This document shows, piece after piece, positions 10,937 to 20,626 of a DNA stretch of 64,000 bases (position 1 is the first letter of the stretch; each line of letters starts with the position of its first letter). The notes beneath the pieces were generated by a model. It saw nothing but the letters and a program-made list of their open reading frames with translations, was not told the origin of the DNA and made no database searches. Source of the stretch: Candidatus Bathyarchaeota archaeon (GTDB taxonomy: Archaea > Thermoproteota > Bathyarchaeia > Bathyarchaeales > Bathycorpusculaceae); NCBI GenBank assembly GCA_963806535.1, contig CAWDYC010000006.1, positions 125,545 to 189,544 on the forward strand, written 5' to 3'. Both the position numbers and the translations under genes were made by a program.

Positions 10937-11065
10937 TTATATATTTGATTTTTTACTGCAGGATTTTGGCGCTGGAATATCCATTCCCCAAGATTTTTGG
11001 AGCGCTGCTCTGCATTTTTCAGCAAATTCGCTGTTTAGATTCTCGGAGAATTTTTCATGGGTCAT
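10937..11065 (-). CDS. Possible 42-aa small protein (MTHEKFSENLNSEFAEKCRAALQKSWG...)
   Basis: Translated by hand; AAAGGAAA before the ATG; directly upstream of 10700-10912. Confidence 0.3.
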   Translation of the reverse strand: MTHEKFSENLNSEFAEKCRAALQKSWGMDIPAPKSCSKKSNI

Positions 11066-11328
11066 TTTCCTTTCGCCTGTTCTCATACTTGATTTAGAGA
11101 GGATAAAAGCGATGTTTCAACCAATGGCATATGACAAAAGAGGTAATATTGCCGTAAATGTTGGTTTCCTAAAAAAGAATATGTTGATAACTGGATGGAT
11201 TCGTTCAGACTTCAAACACTTGACATAACTTAAAAGAATAATTAGATTAATTAAATCTCTGAACTGAGGTCGGGTCTTGTGGTTTCTCTGTTTAGTGGGT
11301 TTATTTGCGTTCTTTAAGCTCTGAGAAA

Positions 11329-11448
11329 CAAGTTGTTGACGGTTTTTGGGCAGGTTTTATTTTTTGTGCAATAAGTTGCTTTTTCAATTTGAAGCTTTAG
11401 ATTCTTTGCAGGTTGAGTGAAGAAAAGTGAAATTAAGTGAAAAAAAAA
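11329..11448 (+). repeat. Non-coding element, copy 1 (diverged inverted copy at 59041-59206), ending in 10-bp periodic AAGTGA units
   Basis: Blocks CAAGTTgTTGACGG, AGTTGCTTTT, GCTTT and TTTGCAGGTTG occur in the same order in the reverse complement of 59041-59206. Confidence 0.7.
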
Positions 11449-11740
11449 GGAAATTTCAATTAAGGATTTGTTTTGCGTGTTCTAGTTTGCTCTTATGAAT
11501 CTGAGCTTAAATCTCTCATAGATACATTATTTTTAGACATTTTAGGGTTAATTGACATTATTAGACAATCCAAGTTACGAGGATGACGGGATTGCGTTCG
11601 TGTCTAATCAACTGAAAAGTATTTGTTTTAGGGCGGCTGCAAAAAAGTTCAAGGATCGGCTGAGTTAATATCAAAAAATATTTGCTTACCCGATTGGTTA
11701 AATAGCAACAGAATCAACCCTTGAATATGGAAGCATTCAG

Positions 11741-12169
11741 ATGACTTTTAAATCTGAATTCTTAGCGTTAATCTTCGGTTTACTACTAGTTTTCATAACT
11801 TTCGGAGACCAACCCTTAGGAGCCCTGCAAGGGACAACCATAGGCAACCTTGACACCATATTTGGACTACGATTTTGGCCAATAATGGACATAATTTATC
11901 CTTTGTCAGCAATCGCCGTCTTTTTGTTATACGGTTGGGTAAAAGGTGGTGAATTAAGAATTAAACTAACAACTCTTCTGGTGTTCACTTCCTTTCTTGC
12001 GGTCCTTTTTCTTGTGAGCACAGACGATATTGCGCAAGTATTTGATCTCACAGTTCAACTTTCTAGAAACTATTGGATCTCTGTTTCGTTGACTTACCTT
12101 GTTGTCAGTAGCTTTGCTTTTTTCATTTATGGAAAACTTAATGAAAAGAAAATCAAATCAACATCATAA
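11741..12169 (+). CDS. Hypothetical 4-TM membrane protein
   Basis: 142-aa hydrophobic ORF. Confidence 0.7.
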   Translation: MTFKSEFLALIFGLLLVFITFGDQPLGALQGTTIGNLDTIFGLRFWPIMDIIYPLSAIAVFLLYGWVKGGELRIKLTTLLVFTSFLAVLFLVSTDDIAQVFDLTVQLSRNYWISVSLTYLVVSSFAFFIYGKLNEKKIKSTS

Positions 12170-12383
12170 GGAATAGTAATATGCACATCTAAGTTTTTTC
12201 AAAAGATTCAGAGTTCATATGATAGCCAAAAAACAAGACTGAATTCAATTCCGAATCATCTTTTTGCTCATAGAGGCTCGCCATAAAAACTATTAAATTG
12301 TGGGAAAGGTTAAAAACAGTGGCAAGTTATAGCTTTTGACATTAGCCTCCAACTAAATTAATTAAAACATCAGAAGAACAAAC

Positions 12384-15300
12384 ATGAAGAAGCTACAAAT
12401 CTTAATAATTATATTTCTAATTTCGTTAGCAGTCTGCACTTTTGTGAGCATCCAATCTGCAAAAGCTGCACAGAGCAATATTACTTTAAACCCAAATACG
12501 GGTCATATTGGTGACACAATTACGGTTTCGGGCACAGGTTTTGCCATCCTTCAGCCTATAACTATTAAATTTGATGGCACCACGGTTCCAACTTCTCCGC
12601 CTGCACAAGGAGGAATAGATGGTTCGTTTAGTGGTGCAAGTTTCACTGTTCCAACTACTATGATTGGTTCTCACACAGTTTCTGCCACCGACGGCACTAA
12701 CTCTGGGAACGCTCAATTTACGTTGACTTCTACTTTAACTGCGCCTACAATTTCAGCTTCTCCCAGCACAGTCGACCAGACTCAAACTTCCACTTTGAGT
12801 TCTACTACGGTGGTAACAGGTACTTCTCCATATACGTATCAGTGGATTCAGAAGGCTCCTGGCACCGGTAGTTTCTCTCCTATCTCCGGTGCAACTTCCT
12901 CTGGTTATTCTTTTGTAACAACCAGTTCTACCACTATTGGATCATGGAGTTTTGAGCTTCAAGTAACTGATTTAGCCTCGGCAATTGTGACTTCGAATGC
13001 CGTTTCTGTAACGGTGAGCGCTATTCCGACTGTGGGTATTGCGCCTGTTGGCCCATTATTAATGGATGCAGGTCAGAACCAAGTGTTTACCGCTACACCT
13101 GGCGGTGGTTACGGAACTCTATCATATCAATGGTATTCAGGCAGCACTCCGGTTTCTGGTGCCAACAGTTTAACTTACACTTATACTGCATCGGGGGCTT
13201 CTGTTTCTATTACTTGTAAGGTGACTGACAGCGCTCCTACTCCTATTACTTCTACTTCAAACACTGTTGCAATTACTGTGAGTGCTACGCCGACAGTGAA
13301 CATTACGCCGGTTGGTCCTCTTAGTATTGATGCAGGGCAGGCTCAGACTTTCACAGCTGCTCCGTCTGGCGGTTCAGGCACGATTCATTTTCAATGGTAT
13401 TTAGGGGGATCCGCTGTCTCAGGCGCTTCTGGTTCCACATATTCTTTCAGCCGCTCGGTCGGTTCTTACTCGGTTACCTGCAAGGTGACTGATAGCGCCT
13501 ATACTCCAATTACATCTGTTGATTCAAATGCGGTTGCTGTCACGGTGAATTCTGCTTTGGTCGCTCCAACGGCTTCTGCTACTCCATCCACGATGAATAA
13601 GGGTCAGACATCCACTTTGGCTTCTACAGCGGTTACAACTGGAACTTCACCATACACGTATCAATGGTTAAGTGAAGCTCCAGGAGAATCAAGCTTTAAT
13701 GCACTTGGCGGTGCCACTTCGAGCAGCTACAGTTTTGTCACTGATTCTTCCACGGCTAATGGTATTTGGAGCTTTGAGCTTAAAGTTACCGACGTTACAG
13801 GTGCTTCAATAACTTCCAACGTTGCAACTGTCTCTGTGACCGCTGCGCTTACTGTGAGTGTATCACCTACTTCCTGGAGTATGGATGTTGGGCAGTCCAA
13901 GACGTTTATTGCTACTGCAAGCGGTGGTTCAGGCAGTTACTCTTCAACGGGTTATCAGTGGTATGTAGGTGGGTCTGCTCAATCTGGTGCGACTTCATCT
14001 ACGTTTAGTTACTCTCTTGGATCCATAGGTTCTTACTTGATTACTGTTACAGTTACAGATAGTTTAGGTTCAACTTCCGCTCCGTCTTCACCTGCTTCGG
14101 TTGTTGTTAGTGCTTCACCGACAGTGAGCATTGCCCCTGCTGGTCCAATTACTTTGGATACTGGTCAAATCCAAGTGTTTACAGCTACATATAGTGGTGG
14201 TTCAGGCTCTCTTTCTTACCAGTGGTCTGTAGATGGTAATGCGGTTGGCTCCAATAGTGCAAGTTATTCCTATACTGCCACTGCTTCTTCACACTCAATT
14301 ACTTGTAAGGTGACAGATGGTGCTTCTACCCCCGTTACATCTTCTTCGAACGCAGTTTCAATTACGGCGAATTCTGCTTTGCTCGCTCCAACAGTATCAG
14401 CTTCTCCCAACACAATTAATCAGGGCCAGACCAGTATTCTGACTTCACCTTCGGTGACGACGGGTACATCTCCATACAATTATCAATGGTTTGAAAAAGT
14501 TCCATCAGGAACCTACACTACGATAGGCTCAAATTCTCCAAGTTTCAGTTTTGTAACTTCAGGTACAATGGTTACTGGCAGTTGGAGTTTCATCCTTCAG
14601 GTCAAGGACGCTTCAGGTAATGCAGTGAATTCTACTGCCGTCTCGGTTACTGTTAATACTAGTCCATTGGATCACTTTATTTTCGCTTCTTTCGGCGTTC
14701 AGACTGCAGGTACACCCTTTAGCATAACGATAACAGCTAAAAATGCTTTTAACAACACGCTTACAAACTATAGTGGAACTAACGCTTTGAATGTTTCAAT
14801 TGGAACTATTAATCCAACCATTACTGGTAACTTCATAAATGGTGTTTGGACTGGTTCAGTGACAGTCACAGGCGCTGGTTCAGGAGTTTGGCTTTCTGCA
14901 TCTGGTTCTGGTATGACTGGAACCAGTGGCAGCTTCACGGTTAATCCTGGAATACTCGATCATTTCACTTTTAGTTCAATTAGCGATCAAAGTTCAGGTT
15001 CTCCCTTTAACATAGCGGTTACTGCTCAAGACGCATTTAATAACACTGTTAAAAGCTATGTTGGCACACCATCTTTGACGTGCTCTGCCGGCTCGATCAA
15101 TCCATCTATTATGACTGCTTTTGTTGGAGGTGCCGGATCAACTTTGGTTACAATAGCTTCTAGCGGTTCCAGCGTGACCATTACTGCCACTGACGGCAGC
15201 CATACGGGTACGAGCAACTCATTCACTGTGACACTTGCAGCAACATCTAGCCCAACGCCAAGTCCCTCACCTCTACCCACTCCAACTCCCTCCACAGGTC

Positions 15301-15857
15301 CTACTGCAAGCCCTCAACCAACACTCACTCCAGCACCTACACCCGTACCAAACGCAATAACCATAACCACTTTGACGGATAGCGGCCAAAATGTATCTCT
15401 AACATTTCAGGGAGACATAACAAGTTCGACAATATCAAGCATCAGCATCACAACAGACGGATCTAACACAACAACAACGGTATCTTTAGCCATTGTCGCG
15501 CAAAGCAAGACTAATGGTTTTAATAATGTGACCATTCCAATTTCCGCCATTCCATATGGAACGACACCAACCGTTTATGTCAATAATGGAGTTGCTCAAA
15601 ATCAAGGGTACAGTCATGACTCCAAAAACTACTATATATGGTTCAAAACAGACTATTCTACATACGAATTATCAGTTGCTTTCGAAACACAACCTGCGCC
15701 CGCTAACTTTCCGATATGGGTGATATTAGCCATAGTCATCATTGTAGTCGTCTCTATTCTGGCAGTGTTTCTTCAAAAAACCTTTAAAACCAAAAACTTT
15801 AGGTTAGAAAAATATGAAAAAATAGCGAATAAATATTCTTGGTTTACAAAATCTTAA
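12384..15857 (+). CDS. Large cell-surface (S-layer/adhesin-like) glycoprotein with Ig/PKD-like repeats, PT linker and C-terminal TM anchor
   Basis: Signal peptide; repeats GTSPY.YQW x3, GG.G...YQW-type x4, LDHF.F x2; many N-x-S/T sequons; PT-rich linker; ...PANFPIW + TM + basic tail. Confidence 0.88.
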   Translation: MKKLQILIIIFLISLAVCTFVSIQSAKAAQSNITLNPNTGHIGDTITVSGTGFAILQPITIKFDGTTVPTSPPAQGGIDGSFSGASFTVPTTMIGSHTVSATDGTNSGNAQFTLTSTLTAPTISASPSTVDQTQTSTLSSTTVVTGTSPYTYQWIQKAPGTGSFSPISGATSSGYSFVTTSSTTIGSWSFELQVTDLASAIVTSNAVSVTVSAIPTVGIAPVGPLLMDAGQNQVFTATPGGGYGTLSYQWYSGSTPVSGANSLTYTYTASGASVSITCKVTDSAPTPITSTSNTVAITVSATPTVNITPVGPLSIDAGQAQTFTAAPSGGSGTIHFQWYLGGSAVSGASGSTYSFSRSVGSYSVTCKVTDSAYTPITSVDSNAVAVTVNSALVAPTASATPSTMNKGQTSTLASTAVTTGTSPYTYQWLSEAPGESSFNALGGATSSSYSFVTDSSTANGIWSFELKVTDVTGASITSNVATVSVTAALTVSVSPTSWSMDVGQSKTFIATASGGSGSYSSTGYQWYVGGSAQSGATSSTFSYSLGSIGSYLITVTVTDSLGSTSAPSSPASVVVSASPTVSIAPAGPITLDTGQIQVFTATYSGGSGSLSYQWSVDGNAVGSNSASYSYTATASSHSITCKVTDGASTPVTSSSNAVSITANSALLAPTVSASPNTINQGQTSILTSPSVTTGTSPYNYQWFEKVPSGTYTTIGSNSPSFSFVTSGTMVTGSWSFILQVKDASGNAVNSTAVSVTVNTSPLDHFIFASFGVQTAGTPFSITITAKNAFNNTLTNYSGTNALNVSIGTINPTITGNFINGVWTGSVTVTGAGSGVWLSASGSGMTGTSGSFTVNPGILDHFTFSSISDQSSGSPFNIAVTAQDAFNNTVKSYVGTPSLTCSAGSINPSIMTAFVGGAGSTLVTIASSGSSVTITATDGSHTGTSNSFTVTLAATSSPTPSPSPLPTPTPSTGPTASPQPTLTPAPTPVPNAITITTLTDSGQNVSLTFQGDITSSTISSISITTDGSNTTTTVSLAIVAQSKTNGFNNVTIPISAIPYGTTPTVYVNNGVAQNQGYSHDSKNYYIWFKTDYSTYELSVAFETQPAPANFPIWVILAIVIIVVVSILAVFLQKTFKTKNFRLEKYEKIANKYSWFTKS

Positions 15858-16020
15858 TCCACATACAATAAGATGAAATTACAGAAATGTAGGTTAACTC
15901 ATTATGCAAAATATAGATTGGCAAATAAGAAGCCTTAATTTTATTGAAGAAAAAATGTTTGCTGTCGAGCGTGATTTGATAAAGATTTGATGAGCAGTTA
16001 ACCGTCTTTATTTCAGGTCC

Positions 16021-16046
16021 ACTTCCTTCAGGAAGGGATTTTATAG
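16021..16046 (+). repeat. 26-bp direct repeat with internal palindrome, copy 1
   Basis: ACTTCCTTCAGGAAGGGATTTTATAG is identical at 17266-17291; core CTTCCT-TC-AGGAAG. Confidence 0.85.
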
Positions 16047-16266
16047 CTGCGTCTAATTAGGAAAATGCTTTTTTGCTTGCGATAGAACTCCTCTAAGCCG
16101 ATAAAATCATTAGATTTCTTGATTTTCGTTTCAATGACAAAATTAGAAATAGAAAAATTAAAATTTGACTTCGATATATTACAGTACTTTATATATAATC
16201 TTAAATAAGCGCCAGACTTCTTGGTTGCTAAACAAGGGATTGTAAAAAGAGAAAAGAGATGATTAG

Positions 16267-16962
16267 TTGCAAACAAAAGGAGAGCTTTTACCGTCAATGC
16301 AAGTTGTAATAGCTGCATTGAACGAAGAAGAAGGCATAGGACGTACGATTGCCGAAATAAACACTGAGTTAAACAATCCTCTTGTACTAGTAGTTGACGG
16401 TCGAAGCACCGATAGAACCGTTGAAATAGCCAAGAACATGGGTGCCGACATCCTTCTTCAAGATAAGCTCGGCAAAGGAAATGCCTTGGCAAAGGCGGTT
16501 GAACATTTGGATTCATCAGTTGAATACATAGTCATCACTGATGCAGACTACACTTACCCAGCGGAACATGTTCATGAAATGGTTCGCATTCTGCAGAACA
16601 ACTCCAATGTCGGTATGGTCTGTGGCAACCGATTTAACGGTCATCTTGATAAAAAAGCAATGCATGATGCTTTTTACATTGGCAACCGACTCATTGCTCT
16701 GACCCACAACTTACTAAATGGAGTTCCATTGAATGATCCACTTACAGGCTTGAGAGTGGTACGTGCCGAAATTCTCAGAAATTGGAAAGTAAAATCGCAA
16801 GGTTTCGATATAGAAGTAGAGCTAAACCATCATGTTGAACGTCAAGGCTTTACTATTTTCGAAACGCCTATTCAGTATAGACCTCGGTTGGGACAAAAAA
16901 AGTTGGGCATCAAACATGGTGCTGAAATTTTGAAACGAATAATGATGGAAACAACTTATTGA
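16267..16962 (+). CDS. GT2 polyprenol-phosphate glycosyltransferase (DPM1-like)
   Basis: VDGRSTDRT, GKGNAL, TDADYTYP, DPLTGLR, GFDIEVE, YRPRLGQKKL. Confidence 0.9.
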   Translation: MQTKGELLPSMQVVIAALNEEEGIGRTIAEINTELNNPLVLVVDGRSTDRTVEIAKNMGADILLQDKLGKGNALAKAVEHLDSSVEYIVITDADYTYPAEHVHEMVRILQNNSNVGMVCGNRFNGHLDKKAMHDAFYIGNRLIALTHNLLNGVPLNDPLTGLRVVRAEILRNWKVKSQGFDIEVELNHHVERQGFTIFETPIQYRPRLGQKKLGIKHGAEILKRIMMETTY

Positions 16963-17265
16963 CTCTGGCAAAATATCAAAATTGCTTGATCGCTAAACAA
17001 ACTCGGAATCGTGTCCATCCGATCTTTCTTGAGCTTAAGTTGAAGAAGGTATAAGTTAAGGCTTCAACAAACGATGCGAAATTATCCCTAAAATTAGGTG
17101 TCATAAATTCCCTTAACATTTTGGTTTTGTGAACTCCTGGCCTCTTAGCGATAATATAACCACATAGCAATTTACGAAAACTTTAAATCAAATCAAAAGG
17201 GAAAATATGTTTAAATTGGTGATGATCTCAGGTTCAGGCTATTTAGTCCCATTTTTTTCTTATCT

Positions 17266-17291
17266 ACTTCCTTCAGGAAGGGATTTTATAG
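17266..17291 (+). repeat. 26-bp direct repeat with internal palindrome, copy 2
   Basis: Identical to 16021-16046. Confidence 0.85.
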
Positions 17292-17503
17292 GTTACTTTC
17301 TTAACCTATAATCAATCAAAATCTTCAAATTTTTATTAAATTCAGAAAATTCTTTTTTTAATAGCCCTACATAAATAAAAAATGAGTTTAAACTTTTTGA
17401 TCTTAAAAGGTTTGGTTTTATTATAGACTTAACCTAAAACCTGTAAAAGGATCATTTAGTCGAGGGATTAGTTCTGAACAAACATGTTATCATAGTACTA
17501 ATC

Positions 17504-17977
17504 GTGATGCTTTCGGTTTTGGCAGTATTACCCGGTTTTCACCTACCATTGGTAAAAGCTAGTAATGAAACTACAAGCTTACAGGCGGCCGACGCTTCTA
17601 TCAATCAGGCGTTTACAAACGTCTTAGCGGCAGAAAAAGCAGGTGGCAACGTAACGCAGCTATTAGCAAAGCTAAATACTGCAGGAGCGCTTTTGGCGGA
17701 AGCTGAAAACGCTTATAACACGGGTAACTTGAATAATGTGATTTCAACGGCTGACAGTGCTCGATTAGTAGCCAATCAGGTTAATAGTGACGCGATAGGG
17801 CTTCGAAATTCAAGCATTACTCAATCCCAAAACAATCTACTATTTACCGTAGTTTTTTCTGTAATATCAGCAATTACTTTTGTTGTTGTAATGTTTTTAA
17901 TTTGGCGCCGATTTAAACGTGGATTTACCGAAAAATTGCTATCTTCAAAACCAAAGGTGGTGGAAAATGCAACTTAA
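17504..17977 (+). CDS. Membrane-anchored helical protein, paralog of the N-terminal part of 979-1569
   Basis: AF..VLAAEKAGGNVTQLLAKLN.A matches AY.AILKASNAGADTNQLIQQLNQA; possible CTG start at 17474. Confidence 0.75.
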   Translation: MMLSVLAVLPGFHLPLVKASNETTSLQAADASINQAFTNVLAAEKAGGNVTQLLAKLNTAGALLAEAENAYNTGNLNNVISTADSARLVANQVNSDAIGLRNSSITQSQNNLLFTVVFSVISAITFVVVMFLIWRRFKRGFTEKLLSSKPKVVENAT

Positions 17978-18560
17978 AGACTACAAAATTTTGTTTGTTA
18001 CCACTGTATTAATCGGTGTTATAATTCTTGCATCACCAACCATAGCGATTTTCATAAAAACCCCAGTTGGGGAACAGTTCTCTTCAATCTATATGCTTGG
18101 GCAAAATCATACATTTGATAATCTTCCGTTTAATGTCAAATCAGGCGTAGTTTATTCAGTCTATCTTGGAGTTACAAACTACTTGGAATCCTCTAATTAC
18201 TATACTTGCTCTGTCAAGTTAGCATCTCAAAATGATCGTCTCCCTGATCCGATACTTGGAACGCCAAGTTCATTGCCCACCTTGTATCAATACAAAACTT
18301 TTCTAGCTAATGGAGGAACATGGGAAGTGCCATTAACATTCGAAATAAATAATATCACTTTCTCAAACGAGACTTCGACGCTTTCTGACATAAGTATTAA
18401 TGGCTTAGATTATGCTGTTAATGAAATCTCAGTTTTCGATTCTAGCCGAGCCGGATATTATTACAACCTATTTATCGAATTGTCATTATACAATTCAACC
18501 TTGAACAGTCTAAATTATGATGGCAGATTTGTTACCTTAAATCTAAATGTTATTCAGTAA
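17967..18560 (+). CDS. DUF1616 C-terminal-like membrane protein
   Basis: TM followed by GEQFSSIYMLG; paralog of 597-1004; ATG at 17967 overlaps the end of the previous gene. Confidence 0.75.
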   Translation: MQLKDYKILFVTTVLIGVIILASPTIAIFIKTPVGEQFSSIYMLGQNHTFDNLPFNVKSGVVYSVYLGVTNYLESSNYYTCSVKLASQNDRLPDPILGTPSSLPTLYQYKTFLANGGTWEVPLTFEINNITFSNETSTLSDISINGLDYAVNEISVFDSSRAGYYYNLFIELSLYNSTLNSLNYDGRFVTLNLNVIQ

Positions 18561-18646
18561 ATCTAAGAAAACAGCATCACAAAATAATATTGCATAATTT
18601 ATTTTAAAAAACTCTTAGATATCTAATTAGATATTTTGGCGAAATA

Positions 18647-20539
18647 ATGTTAGAAAAATTCAAAGAGCATAAGATTCTTATAGCGATAATAATTGTTGCA
18701 GGTTTTTTAATATTTTATGTTCTTGGTATTGCGACTAACCTGTTTGCGAATCCTGTGTTCTCCATGTTTTTTGTTATTAGCAATGATACAGCTCATGAAA
18801 TTGCATATTTAGCGGTGGTGGGAGCAGTCGCCGCAGTTATAATCGGTCTAATTCTTCTTAAAAAACAAAGGATCATAGAACCAAAGACAATGTACAAACC
18901 CGCCATTTTTAGTAATAGAGCAACTAACCAATTACCAGATAAACCTGTGGATTTTTTGGGAAAAAGTAAATTCGCTTTTGTATCGCTTTTGATAGGTTTA
19001 GCCCTCTTTTTCTACTCTTGGTATAAAACTTATCCAATATCACTGAAATATCCTGGCGACGCTGTTTTTTATCATATATCGCCGTTCTACTGGATCAGCA
19101 TTCCTGTAGTATTAGGCTCACTTTACTTGATAGGTGTCTTTTCAAAAAGTCAACCTGTCAAATGTGCCATAACTGTTGCAATTATATTATTTGTGTACTC
19201 TTTATCCTTCTTCTACTTTACAATGCCTACATCTGATTCATCTTACTTTAGAGGATTATCTCAAAATTTTATAAATACTCAAAGCTTGAATCCATCTCTA
19301 TTTATCCATGAATATTATCAATGGCCATCTTTTTTCTTAATAACAGATATTGCAACATCCGTAAGCGGTCTACCTCTTATTAGTTTCGAATTTTTTCTAT
19401 ACGCTTTAATCGGCTCCTTGATAGCTGGATCATTATATGTTTATGCGGCGAAGCTCAACAAAAATGGCGCAATCATAGCTGTACCTTCATTTTTCTTTGC
19501 AATGTTTTACTTCTTAAACTATCAAGCCGTGCCTTTTTCACTCGCACTTGCTTTACTTTTTGCAATCTTCATGTTGGAAACCAGAAAAAAAACTACACCT
19601 GTAATAGTAACTATTCTAATTTTGTTCTTCTGCCTTTCAATCGCGCATAGCTTTGTGGCTTTATTCTATATTCTGTATCTATTGTTCCGAAGCCTTGTAA
19701 GCAGAAGTAAACTTTATGCGGAAATCTGCTTGGTCGCTACGAACATTTTTGTAATAACACAATTCAGTTTAAGCTCTTACTGGATTGGCCTAAATATAAC
19801 AAACCTATTCCGCTTGCCAACAGAATATAGTTCAATAGTAAGTGCAACGTTGACTGCAACATCCACAGTTCCAACTCCTATAGATACACTGTCTCAAACA
19901 CTATCAAGAGCATCTACAATCATTATTCTTCTAATGTGTCTAATTGGTTTCGTTGTTCTTTTAATTAAACGAAAACTAAGAGCCGTAGATGGAGCCATTT
20001 TTCTTGCCGGACTAGCTTACACAGTCTTGGGCCTTGCTTTGTCCTCTTTAGGCTCAAGGGCTATATCAATCCTTTTTATTCCTTTATCTCTTGGAGCTAT
20101 GTATTTCCTTGGTACAAAACTAAGACCTTATATAATAGCCCTTTTTCTGATAGTGTTATTACTGTTTGTCGCCATCCCAATTCATACTTCATTTACTAGT
20201 TACCCAATAACATTTCAAACAAAAGATAATCTTACCACATCAAACTTTATGATTGAGAAGTACAACTGGACTCCATTTAGCACAGTAATCGCTGACTCTG
20301 GCATGAGATGGTACATGCTACCACAAATCCAGGGAAAGGCTGAAATCGACACTAACCTCCAACCTCGTTTTTCACTTACAAATATTACAAATTATGACTC
20401 TATCATCTACTCAATCGGTCTAGCAAATACCCTTCAAAGCAATGGTATTTCCCTTGAGAATAATTCACAAAGCATTATGCACAGTTACAGTTTGGTTTAC
20501 AACTCAGGTCAATCATATATAGCGATAAAAAGCAAATAA
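18647..20539 (+). CDS. Multi-pass membrane protein, GT-C / polymerase-like
   Basis: About 14 TMs; loop motifs DSSYFRG and YYQWPSFF; extracellular C-terminal domain ending VYNSG; located in a glycan locus. Confidence 0.6.
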   Translation: MLEKFKEHKILIAIIIVAGFLIFYVLGIATNLFANPVFSMFFVISNDTAHEIAYLAVVGAVAAVIIGLILLKKQRIIEPKTMYKPAIFSNRATNQLPDKPVDFLGKSKFAFVSLLIGLALFFYSWYKTYPISLKYPGDAVFYHISPFYWISIPVVLGSLYLIGVFSKSQPVKCAITVAIILFVYSLSFFYFTMPTSDSSYFRGLSQNFINTQSLNPSLFIHEYYQWPSFFLITDIATSVSGLPLISFEFFLYALIGSLIAGSLYVYAAKLNKNGAIIAVPSFFFAMFYFLNYQAVPFSLALALLFAIFMLETRKKTTPVIVTILILFFCLSIAHSFVALFYILYLLFRSLVSRSKLYAEICLVATNIFVITQFSLSSYWIGLNITNLFRLPTEYSSIVSATLTATSTVPTPIDTLSQTLSRASTIIILLMCLIGFVVLLIKRKLRAVDGAIFLAGLAYTVLGLALSSLGSRAISILFIPLSLGAMYFLGTKLRPYIIALFLIVLLLFVAIPIHTSFTSYPITFQTKDNLTTSNFMIEKYNWTPFSTVIADSGMRWYMLPQIQGKAEIDTNLQPRFSLTNITNYDSIIYSIGLANTLQSNGISLENNSQSIMHSYSLVYNSGQSYIAIKSK

Positions 20540-20626
20540 AAACTATCAAGTGGCTATTTCAAAATTCAGTCGATACTTACCCAAAGCTTAGTTCAAACCC
20601 AACTTAACATCTATAAAAAACTGTAG

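Noticed and set aside
16028-17170. Minus-strand ORFs 16028-16516 and 16976-17170, and other short overlapping track ORFs
   Set aside because: They overlap well-supported genes or have no coding features or recognisable motifs.
16021-17291. Mini-CRISPR from the 26-bp palindromic repeat
   Set aside because: Only two copies, 1.2 kb apart, with a whole gene between them.
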